Shown in pieces: positions 45,771-54,189 of a DNA stretch of 64,000 nucleotides. Position numbers and translations under genes: made by a program. Location: the NCBI GenBank assembly GCA_965267575.1, contig OZ254086.1, forward strand, positions 2,368,001-2,432,000, written 5' to 3'. Source of the stretch: Calditrichales bacterium. Its GTDB lineage: Bacteria; Calditrichota; Calditrichia; Calditrichales; J004. Position 1 is the first letter of the stretch. Each line of letters starts with the position of its first letter. Under the pieces are notes generated by a model. That model did no database searches and was not told where the DNA came from. It worked only from the letters and a program-made list of their open reading frames with translations.

Positions 45771-46196
45771 GTGAAAAACATTATTTTTGTAGAATACATA
45801 GCCAACTTAAATGGAATAGCCATGAATCCATATATAAGATTAAAACAGATAGGATCTCTTGGTTTAATAACTAATGAGTCATTTAAATTAAGTATTAAGT
45901 TTTCTATAGAGTATGGTAGTTTTGGAGAATTGCAAACTGCTGAATACTCTTTTAGAGACCGAAGCTGGTCTGTTGATGATAGGTCTTTATCAGAATATTT
46001 AAAATACGTAGTTAATTTAAATTCTGATTTAAGAGCTATGTTAGATTTAATGTTAGAAACATTTTGTCATAACGTAGTAGCGAATTCAGAAAAGATTTTA
46101 GCTGATAAAACAAAGAAAGAAGAATTAGAAGAGGCAACTTTCGAAATAAAAAACATTGACTTGATAAGTGAAGATTTTAGAGATGCCTTTAAATAA
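45771..46196 (+). CDS. AT-rich hypothetical protein
   Basis: 141-codon ORF 2 nt after the previous stop; no recognisable motif. Confidence 0.45.
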   Translation: MKNIIFVEYIANLNGIAMNPYIRLKQIGSLGLITNESFKLSIKFSIEYGSFGELQTAEYSFRDRSWSVDDRSLSEYLKYVVNLNSDLRAMLDLMLETFCHNVVANSEKILADKTKKEELEEATFEIKNIDLISEDFRDAFK

Positions 46197-46455
46197 ACAA
46201 GAAACCAAAATCGTAAAAATTGGCAGCTCTTGGGGTATCAGGATCCCTAAATCTTTTATTGAGCAAACGGGTATAGAAAACGAAGTGGAGCTGGAGGTAA
46301 AAGGCAATGCGATTGTTATAAAGCCGATATCCGAAGTACGTAAAAACTGGGAAGCAGCCTTCCGGAAAATGGGCGAAAATAAAGATGACGTTTTGCCGAA
46401 CCGCGACGCGCTCAACACACAATTATCCGTGGACGAGGATGAGTGGAACTGGTGA
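46183..46455 (+). CDS. mazE: AbrB/MazE-family antitoxin (orphan)
   Basis: KIVKIGSSWGIRIPK, RKNWEAAF, C-terminal DEDEWNW; exact start uncertain. Confidence 0.85.
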   Translation: MPLNKQETKIVKIGSSWGIRIPKSFIEQTGIENEVELEVKGNAIVIKPISEVRKNWEAAFRKMGENKDDVLPNRDALNTQLSVDEDEWNW

Positions 46456-46494
46456 CCAAAAACGCCCCGCTCGCGCCAGCCCACACCCTACCTT

Positions 46495-49400
46495 TTAAGC
46501 CTCCGCAACAGCCGCCTTTGCCTTTCTTCGAGCCAATAAATCATATACACCTGAATAGACCACCGGTATTAAAAACAGCGTAATCAGCGTGGAGACCGAC
46601 AAACCGCCGATCACCGCGCGGGCCAGGGCGGCCTGGATCTCACCACCGGCGCCACCGCCAAAAGCCAGCGGCAGCATGCCCAGCACCGTCGTGCAGGTGG
46701 TCATTAAAATGGGGCGCAGGCGTAAACGGCCCGATTGCGCCACCGCCTGGTACACATCCAGGTTTTGCTCGCGGCGCATCAGGTTGATGTAATCCACCAG
46801 CACAATGGCGTTATTCACCACAATACCAATCAGCATCACGATGCCCATCAGGCTTTGTATGTTCAGCGATGTGCCGGTCAGCAGCAGTGTGGGCACCACG
46901 CCGATAAGCGCCAGCGGCACGGCCACCATCACGATCAGCGGATCGAGAAAGCGCTCAAACTGCGCCGCCATCACCATGTAAATCAGCACCAGCGCCATCA
47001 ACACGGCCAGCAGGAAATCGCCCTGCGCCTTTTGCTGCTCCTCGTACTCGCCGCTGAAAACCAGCGAAAAATCGGCCGGCAGGGCAAAATCGCTCAGCTC
47101 ATCCTGCAGCTTTGCCACCACATCACCCAGGGCCGCACCGCTTTGCAGGTTGGCGCGGATGTAGGTCACACGCTGTCCGTCCACCCGGTCAATGTCGGTG
47201 GGGCTGCGCCGCCGCTCCACGCTCACCACGGAAGAAACCGGCGTGATGCGACCGCTGCCGGTACGCAGGGAGACATTTTTCAAATCCTGCGTGCTCAGCC
47301 TGTCTTCCGGCTGCAGCCGCACGGTAATCGGAAACTCTTCGCCGCCTTCACGGAAAACACCTGCGCGGCTGCCGCCCACATTGGTCTGCACCACCTGGGC
47401 CACCTGGTTCACCGTCATGCCCAGGTCGGCAATCTTTTCACGGTCAATGATTAAATTTTGCTCGGGGCGTCCTTCACGGCGGCTTACGCGCACATCGGCG
47501 ATCTCCGGCCGGCCCTCCATGATGCCCTTGATCTGCCCGGCCAGTTGGTCGGCCAGGTCCAGGTCATAGCCGCGCAGTTCAACCTCCACGGCTTCACCAC
47601 CGCCGGAGCCAAACAGGCGGCGCAGCATCCACAAACCGGACTGGGCGTCTACTTCCACGCGCGCCCCGGGGATTTTACCCTCCACGTGGCGGCGGATACG
47701 GTCGGCCAGCACAAAACTGTCTATAGTGCGCTCATCGGCGCCTTTCAGCGATATTTCCACTTCGGCATCACCGGGGCGTATTTCCACGGACATATGCTTC
47801 ATCTGGTCCGCCGGCGTTACTTCACGCACCAGCCGCTGCAGTTCGTTCAGATACTTGTTGACCACGGCGATATTGGTGCCCTGGGCCATTTCCAGTTCCA
47901 CGTCGATTTCATCGGCGTCGGTTTGCGGCGCCAGTTCCACCGGCAAAAGCGGCCACAGCAAAATTGCAATCACAAGCAACGTAAGAGTTATGGTGACAAT
48001 GCGGACACGGTGGTTCAGGGCGATCTCCAGTTGCCGCGCATAACCTTCTTCCAGCTTAAGGAACCAGCGGCCCAGGCGCGTTTTGCTGTCGTCCGTGGTT
48101 TTTTCCCCGGCAGCCACGGTGAGGAAACGGCTGCTCAGCATCGGCACCAGCGTCAGCGCCACCAGCAGTGAGCAGAGCAGGGCAAACACAACCACCAAAG
48201 CCAGCTCCCTGAACAACATGCCCGAAACGGTATTCATAAAAACAACGGGGAAAAATATCACGATCGTGGTAAGGGTGGAGGCCACGATGGCGCCGCCCAC
48301 CTGCCTGGTGCCGACCAGCGCGCTCTCCTCGAGGCTTTTGCGGTTTTCGCGCAGGCGCACAATGTTTTCCAGCACCACGATGGCGTTGTCGATGATCAGC
48401 CCGATGCCCAGCGCCAACCCGCCAAAGCTCATCTGGTTGAGGGTCAGGTTGTTAAAGTATAACAGGCCAAAGCTGGCGATGATCGAAATGGGGATGGCGA
48501 GCGCGATGATAAATGTGGTGGAGCCGTTGCGTAAAAAGAGATAAAGGATAAATATGGCCAGCAGGCCGCCCCAAACCGCGGCATTCTGCACATTGTCGAT
48601 GGAATCCTGTATAAATTCGCTTTGATCAATGATCAGCATCAATTCGATGTCGCTGCGTTCGCGGTTGATCTGCTCGATTACTTTGCGGGCTTCTTCGGCC
48701 ACGGCCACGGTGTTGGCGCCCGATTGCTTACGGATGCCCAGGCGCACCATCGGCTGACCGTCGACCCTTACCAGGCGGTTCACGTCTTCATAGCCGTCAT
48801 AAACCACGGCTACATCCTTTACGCGGATGGGCTGCCCGTCCACCATGGTGATAATCGTGTTGCCGATCTGCTCCAGCGACTGGAATTCACCGCGGGTGCG
48901 CACATACATATCGCTCACACCTTCGCGCATGTCGCCGCCGGGCAGGGTGATGTTTTCACGCTGCAGCGCTTCTCGCACGTCGGACGCGGAGAGGCGGCTG
49001 GAGGCCAGGCGATCGCGCTTAAGCTGTATCTGAATCTCGCGGTAAATTCCGCCCCACACATCTACCGAGCCAACTCCAGGGAGCTGCTCAAAACGCTGCG
49101 AAATCTCGCGTTCCAGGATGCGCGTCAATTCGGCCATGTTGCGTTCGGAGCGCGCGCCAAGGATTACAACGGGGAAGTTGTCGGGGTCAAATTTCCACAG
49201 CCTGGGCGGCTCCACTTCCGGCGGAAAATCGTCGCGGATGCGGTCCAGGGCGGCACGAACGTCGTTGGCGGCTTCATCAATGTTGGTGCCCTGGGCAAAT
49301 TCCAAACGCACGCGGCTGCGGCCTTCGCTCGAGGAAGAGCGTACCTGCTCAATGTTGGGCACGGTGGCAATGGCGTTTTCCACACGGTCGGTTATGATGG

Positions 49401-49581
49401 TTTCGATCTCTTCGGGGCCCACGTTGCCATAATTTGTGGCAATGGTCAGTTGCGGATACTCGATGGGCGGCAGCAGGTCCACCGGCAAAAAGCGGAAGCC
49501 TGAAATACCCAAGACGATGATGATCAAAAAGACCATCGTGGTGGCAACGGGCCGTTTTACGGCAAGTTCGGTGATATTCAT
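46495..49581 (-). CDS. RND efflux permease (AcrB/MdtC-like)
   Basis: AVKRPV, PEEIE, GLIIDNAIVVLENI, GIVVNNAIVLVD, RLRPILMT. Confidence 0.96.
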   Translation of the reverse strand: MNITELAVKRPVATTMVFLIIIVLGISGFRFLPVDLLPPIEYPQLTIATNYGNVGPEEIETIITDRVENAIATVPNIEQVRSSSSEGRSRVRLEFAQGTNIDEAANDVRAALDRIRDDFPPEVEPPRLWKFDPDNFPVVILGARSERNMAELTRILEREISQRFEQLPGVGSVDVWGGIYREIQIQLKRDRLASSRLSASDVREALQRENITLPGGDMREGVSDMYVRTRGEFQSLEQIGNTIITMVDGQPIRVKDVAVVYDGYEDVNRLVRVDGQPMVRLGIRKQSGANTVAVAEEARKVIEQINRERSDIELMLIIDQSEFIQDSIDNVQNAAVWGGLLAIFILYLFLRNGSTTFIIALAIPISIIASFGLLYFNNLTLNQMSFGGLALGIGLIIDNAIVVLENIVRLRENRKSLEESALVGTRQVGGAIVASTLTTIVIFFPVVFMNTVSGMLFRELALVVVFALLCSLLVALTLVPMLSSRFLTVAAGEKTTDDSKTRLGRWFLKLEEGYARQLEIALNHRVRIVTITLTLLVIAILLWPLLPVELAPQTDADEIDVELEMAQGTNIAVVNKYLNELQRLVREVTPADQMKHMSVEIRPGDAEVEISLKGADERTIDSFVLADRIRRHVEGKIPGARVEVDAQSGLWMLRRLFGSGGGEAVEVELRGYDLDLADQLAGQIKGIMEGRPEIADVRVSRREGRPEQNLIIDREKIADLGMTVNQVAQVVQTNVGGSRAGVFREGGEEFPITVRLQPEDRLSTQDLKNVSLRTGSGRITPVSSVVSVERRRSPTDIDRVDGQRVTYIRANLQSGAALGDVVAKLQDELSDFALPADFSLVFSGEYEEQQKAQGDFLLAVLMALVLIYMVMAAQFERFLDPLIVMVAVPLALIGVVPTLLLTGTSLNIQSLMGIVMLIGIVVNNAIVLVDYINLMRREQNLDVYQAVAQSGRLRLRPILMTTCTTVLGMLPLAFGGGAGGEIQAALARAVIGGLSVSTLITLFLIPVVYSGVYDLLARRKAKAAVAEA

Positions 49582-49587
49582 ATTGCT

Positions 49588-50919
49588 TTACCCCGCACTC
49601 GATGTGGTGTCTTTGGAAACCCGGCGATTCTGTTCAAACACTTCTTCCAGCAAATCCTGGCGCTGTAGTTTTTGCAACTGCTCTACCCAGGGCCATTGCA
49701 CGGTGCGTACGCGTGCCTCTCCCTCGGCGCCGCCAAAAAGGTGCTGCCCCAGCGTAACGATCCAGTCGCCCGCATCCACCCCGCGAATGCCCACGCTCAT
49801 GCGGCCTTCGGCGATGACTTCGACTTCCACAAACTCAAAAGTCACCGGCGGCGTCAGCTCAATCGGCTCCTGCTCCCCCGGCGGCGGATTCAGGCTTGGC
49901 GGCACCGCGTTGATCGTGTCACGGGCGACGTATACACCGGTTACGCCCGTTGTGGGATTTTCAAAAAGGGCGCTTTGCGGTACCAGCGTGGCCTTCTCGC
50001 TCTCGCCGTAAAAAATATCCACGGTGACGAACATGCCCGGCTTCAGCAGGCCGTCGGGATTGGCCATATCAATTTCGGCAACGGTGCTGTGTGTTACGGG
50101 ATTGAGAAAAGGGGAGACGCGTGTAAGCGGCGCGCTGAGCTGCTCAAAGCCTTCATATTCGCCGGCGATTTCCGTGCGCTGGCCTTTTTCGATGTAGTTG
50201 AGCATACGGTCGGTTAAAATCACTTCCACTTGTACGTTTTCAAGCTGTCCCAGCGTAAACAGTCGTGTGCTTCCCTCCGCCAGCATGCCCACTTCGGCGT
50301 TGCGGTTGCCCACCGTGCCGGAGATCGGAGCACGCACTGTGGTTTGTTGCAGGGCCTGCTCGCGTTCATCAACGGTGGCCCTGGCCTGCGTGACACGTGC
50401 TTCGGCCAGTTCCAGTTCGGCCTCCGCGGAAACGGCCTGCGTCTGTGCCGCTTCCAGTTCCGCGGGGCTGGCCAGTTCCTGCCGTGCCAGAGATTCCGTG
50501 CGTTTCAGCGCAGCGCTGACTTCTTTTAGCCTGGCTTCGGCCTGTTTGGCCTGGGCCTGTGTGATCTGCAGGTTAGCGCGGGCCTGTTTCAGGCGTTCGG
50601 CAAATTCCGTATCGCGCAATTGTACCAATGGCTGACCCGCTTTCACCAGGTCGCCGTTGCGCACATACACGGCGGTCACCGGCGCGTTTATTTCGGGATA
50701 GATCTCGATCTGGTTTTTGGCTTTCACTTCACCGGTCAGGCGTTCTGTAAGCGGAAGCGAACCATACAGTGCCTGCACGGCTTCCACAGCCGGGATTAGC
50801 CGGTTTTCGCTTTTGCCCGCCGCGCTCTCAGATTCACCTGAACAGCCGGCCAAAATAAATATTGTCGCTGCCCACAACGCGGCAAAGCGCGTGTAATAAT
50901 TAGTAGTGTGCTTGTTCAT
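49588..50919 (-). CDS. RND periplasmic adaptor (membrane fusion protein), lipoprotein
   Basis: Lipobox LAGC, GDLVKAGQPL, coiled hairpin, VRAPISGTV, LKPGMFV. Confidence 0.93.
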   Translation of the reverse strand: MNKHTTNYYTRFAALWAATIFILAGCSGESESAAGKSENRLIPAVEAVQALYGSLPLTERLTGEVKAKNQIEIYPEINAPVTAVYVRNGDLVKAGQPLVQLRDTEFAERLKQARANLQITQAQAKQAEARLKEVSAALKRTESLARQELASPAELEAAQTQAVSAEAELELAEARVTQARATVDEREQALQQTTVRAPISGTVGNRNAEVGMLAEGSTRLFTLGQLENVQVEVILTDRMLNYIEKGQRTEIAGEYEGFEQLSAPLTRVSPFLNPVTHSTVAEIDMANPDGLLKPGMFVTVDIFYGESEKATLVPQSALFENPTTGVTGVYVARDTINAVPPSLNPPPGEQEPIELTPPVTFEFVEVEVIAEGRMSVGIRGVDAGDWIVTLGQHLFGGAEGEARVRTVQWPWVEQLQKLQRQDLLEEVFEQNRRVSKDTTSSAG

Positions 50920-51184
50920 GTTACCTCAAATAAAAATCGCTAAGAAGTGGCTATCCCCTGAAGAGTGATAAGCGCATCAAAATTAATAAATCTTTATAAA
51001 TTTTAATATTTAAAATAAAAAAGCTTTTTAACCTTTTGGCAATGTTATTCAGGATAGACCGGGGACTTTCATGTTACGTGTTAAAATTTCTTTTTATTAA
51101 AACTAAAATAACAATTAGATTCCTTCTTATTCCTGCCGCGCAGATGCTCCGGCTCAAACAATGAATAACGACGGGGAAAATTTT

Positions 51185-52003
51185 ATGATTGTAGAATTTC
51201 TCGAGCAGTTTAGTCCTGTCGCTCAGGCGTTTATTGCCACGCTTTTTACCTGGGGTGTTACGGCAGCAGGGGCTGCGCTGGTCTTTATTACGCGCGCCTT
51301 AAACCAGAAAGTAATGGATTCTATGATGGGCTTTGCCGCCGGTGTTATGATTGCCGCAAGCTTCTGGTCGCTTTTAGCGCCGGGCATTGAAATGGCCGAA
51401 AACGTGGGCCACATCCCCTGGCTGGTGGCGGTGATTGGTTTTATGGGCGGCGGGATATTTATGCGCTTTACCGACAGCCTTTTGCCGCACCTGCACCCCG
51501 GCCTGAGTTATGACAAAAAAGAAGGCGTGAAAACTTCCTGGCAACGCAGCACGTTATTGGTGCTGGCGATAACACTTCACAATATCCCGGAAGGCCTGGC
51601 CGTGGGCATTGCCTTTGGTGCTGTCGCTGCCGGTCTTCCGTCAGCCACTATCGGTGCGGCCCTGGCACTGGCCGTTGGCATCGGGATCCAAAACTTCCCG
51701 GAGGGTACCGCCGTTTCCATGCCGCTGCGCCGCGAAGGGATGAGCAAAGGAAAGAGCTTTTTTCTGGGCCAGGCATCGGGCATGGTGGAGCCGATTGCCG
51801 GTGTACTCGGCGCGCTGTTCGTGCTGAAAATGCGCAGTATTGTGCCCTACGCGTTGTGCTTTGCCGCCGGCGCGATGATCTTTGTGGTGGTTGAGGAACT
51901 CATTCCCGAATCGCAAAGAAAGCAGGCCAATATAGACCTGGTAACGATGATGACCATGGCCGGTTTTACGGTGATGATGCTGCTGGACGTGGCCCTGGGT
52001 TAG
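51185..52003 (+). CDS. ZIP-family metal transporter (ZupT/GufA)
   Basis: [37 protein letters not shown]. Confidence 0.93.
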   Translation: MIVEFLEQFSPVAQAFIATLFTWGVTAAGAALVFITRALNQKVMDSMMGFAAGVMIAASFWSLLAPGIEMAENVGHIPWLVAVIGFMGGGIFMRFTDSLLPHLHPGLSYDKKEGVKTSWQRSTLLVLAITLHNIPEGLAVGIAFGAVAAGLPSATIGAALALAVGIGIQNFPEGTAVSMPLRREGMSKGKSFFLGQASGMVEPIAGVLGALFVLKMRSIVPYALCFAAGAMIFVVVEELIPESQRKQANIDLVTMMTMAGFTVMMLLDVALG

Positions 52004-52641
52004 TTTAAAAGGCTGTTCAGGATGGCGGCAACGGATTGGCGGTAAGCGGATTCTAAATCGATCTGCAAGTGTTGGTATTCCGGGTAAGCCAGCACTTCCT
52101 GCTGCAGCTCGGTCAGGTCGGTCATCTGGTACAGGCCAATCGCCGAAGCAAACTGCAGTTGCAAAAATTGTGTTGCCTTTTCAGGGCTCAGTTTAGGGAA
52201 GAGCCGCACAAGCAGCTCGCCAACAGTCGTAAATTCTTCTTTTATCTGCTCTTTAAAATCCACCAGGTGCTGAAGAGAAATGTGTTTTTCCAATTCCGTA
52301 TAGAGGATTGCAATCAGTTCCAGCATGCGTTTGTGTTTTAGCTGTAAAGCTACCCATTTGCCGCTGAATTCTTCAACGCTCAGCGATGTTTCCGCGGTGA
52401 AGCTTTGTAAAAGTTCGTCCCGCCAGGCGTTTACATCGTGACGCAAAAAGGCGAGGAAGATCTCTTCTTTGGAGTTGAAGTATTTGTAAAGATTGGACCG
52501 TGTAAACTGTGCTTCTTTTGCAATGGCCGCGAAAGTGATCGCTTCAAAAGGGCTATTTTTGAAAAGCCTCTCCGTGGCTTTGATGATTTCATCCACGCGT
52601 GCTTCTTTTTGTTCTTCGCTGCGGGCGCGTTGCCAGGTCAT
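52000..52641 (-). CDS. TetR-family transcriptional regulator
   Basis: [35 protein letters not shown]. Confidence 0.92.
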   Translation of the reverse strand: MTWQRARSEEQKEARVDEIIKATERLFKNSPFEAITFAAIAKEAQFTRSNLYKYFNSKEEIFLAFLRHDVNAWRDELLQSFTAETSLSVEEFSGKWVALQLKHKRMLELIAILYTELEKHISLQHLVDFKEQIKEEFTTVGELLVRLFPKLSPEKATQFLQLQFASAIGLYQMTDLTELQQEVLAYPEYQHLQIDLESAYRQSVAAILNSLLN

Positions 52642-52668
52642 ACTTCTTCTTGTTTGGTTAATATGAAA

Positions 52669-52700
52669 GCCGTCGCGGCAAAAATAAGCGCTGCGACGGC
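52669..52700 (-). terminator. Hairpin or terminator after the epimerase/reductase gene
   Basis: gccgtcgcagc / gccgcgacggc stem followed by tttc on the minus strand. Confidence 0.55.
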
Positions 52701-52723
52701 CGGATGCCATTTCTTCTATGTGT

Positions 52724-53800
52724 CTAGGCTGCTTTTTTGCTTTTGTCAAAGACGCCGCTGTCAATCATCTGCAGGAAAAAGTCGTGGATAGATTCATCAA
52801 ACGGGCGATATTTTATGCCCAGTTCTTTTTTGCTTTTGGAGTTATCCACCTTCCATGGGTAGTTCATATTGCGGCTTATCATCTTGCGCGAAAGGGCTTC
52901 GTTTACCAGCGGACCCACCAGCCATAAAATGGGCTTAGGGATTTCCATTTTGGGGAAAGGATACTTGTCGCCGAACTGGCGCCGCAATGAATCGGCCATT
53001 TGCAGGAAGGTTTTACGCTCATTGGAGATGATGTGGCGACCCTTTGCCTGCGGCGTAAAACCGGCCTTGTAATGCGCTTCGGCAACCTCACGAACATCCA
53101 CCGTGCCCAGCTCCAACCCCGGTACACCGGTTTTCAACGTGCCGTCGCCCATCTGTTTTATAATGTTAAAACTCTCCGACGTGTTGCGCGGGCCGATACC
53201 CGGACCCAGTACAAAAGTGGGATTGATGGTCACCAGGTCCCAGCGATCCTGGGCGTCGGCGATTTTCCAGGCCTCTTTCTCTGCCAGGGTTTTAGAGTAG
53301 CTGTAAGGCTGGTGCTCCAGCGATGAGCTTGTATTCCAATTCTCCTCCGTGGCGGTGCCTTTGGGCAGTTGCAGCAGATCTTTTGTATCGCCCACGATGG
53401 CGGCGCAGCTGGATGTAAGAACCACGCGCTTTACCGTGGAAACTTTGTTGGCAGTTTCCAGCACATTGCGCGTGCCCAGCAGGGCCGGTTCAATCAGTTC
53501 CTTCTGCGGGTCGTCCACGGCGCTGGTAAACGGCGAGGCAGTGTGGAAGACCAGTTCGCAGCCCCGCATGGCCTCTTCGTAGGAGCCTTTATCCAGTAAA
53601 TCGCTTTTGAAATATGTGATTCTGCCCGGCAGCTTTTCAGCCAGCCGGTTGAGATCTTTCAGCTTGTCGGCGTTGTTGGGATCACGCACGGCGGCATGCA
53701 CGGTCAAGCCTTCGCTGAGCAGTTTTTCAACCAGTCGCCCGGCCACATAGCCGGTGGCGCCGCTCACCATCACGGGTTTGGTTTTATCGATATGTTTCAT
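52724..53800 (-). CDS. NAD-dependent epimerase/dehydratase family aldehyde reductase (DFR-like extended SDR)
   Basis: SGATGYVA, HTASP, TSS, YSYSK, INPTFVLGP, VDVREVA. Confidence 0.9.
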   Translation of the reverse strand: MKHIDKTKPVMVSGATGYVAGRLVEKLLSEGLTVHAAVRDPNNADKLKDLNRLAEKLPGRITYFKSDLLDKGSYEEAMRGCELVFHTASPFTSAVDDPQKELIEPALLGTRNVLETANKVSTVKRVVLTSSCAAIVGDTKDLLQLPKGTATEENWNTSSSLEHQPYSYSKTLAEKEAWKIADAQDRWDLVTINPTFVLGPGIGPRNTSESFNIIKQMGDGTLKTGVPGLELGTVDVREVAEAHYKAGFTPQAKGRHIISNERKTFLQMADSLRRQFGDKYPFPKMEIPKPILWLVGPLVNEALSRKMISRNMNYPWKVDNSKSKKELGIKYRPFDESIHDFFLQMIDSGVFDKSKKAA

Positions 53801-53836
53801 CTTTTCTCCTGTGTTGTGTTTTCATTTTTGTTCTAA

Positions 53837-53881
53837 GTGACGCAGTGTCTCTAATATAAAAGACGCAACGTCTCTTGTCAA
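53837..53881 (-). promoter_or_regulatory. Promoter with tandem TetR-type operators
   Basis: Minus-strand TTGACA-17-TATATT; palindrome AGACG-caa-CGTCT (53861-53873) in the spacer and a second GACGCAGTGTC copy downstream. Confidence 0.65.
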
Positions 53882-54189
53882 AAAATATTACTGATGGTAA
53901 TTTGATTATGATTTTTTTGTTTGTTGAAGTGTGCCTACGCACAGCGGTTTCGGGCTTCAGTTTTGTTTAAATTTTTAGATCGTACGACATTACAAAGGCG
54001 ATCTCGGGGTAGATAGTTAAATTTCTCCGGACTGTTAGGGAAAAACCACCTATGACTGTGTTGTTCATTGCCGGAGATTTTAAATGGCTTGGTGTCCATA
54101 AGGAAAAAAATTGAAAATAGTGCAGAACTTATGTTGTAGCGTGGCGTTCTGCATTCGATTTAAAAACATACCTACGGAGTAAACTTTCG

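Noticed and set aside
36500..46500. Integron cassette array (run of short co-oriented genes with TA modules)
   Set aside because: No recurring attC (RYYYAAC...GTTRRRY) structures or integrase seen, and many genes overlap or abut directly
46495..50919. RND pump without an outer-membrane factor gene
   Set aside because: Common arrangement; TolC-like partners are often encoded elsewhere
53930..54060. Possible ncRNA or attC-like site in the long intergenic region
   Set aside because: No convincing stem or motif and no second copy in the window
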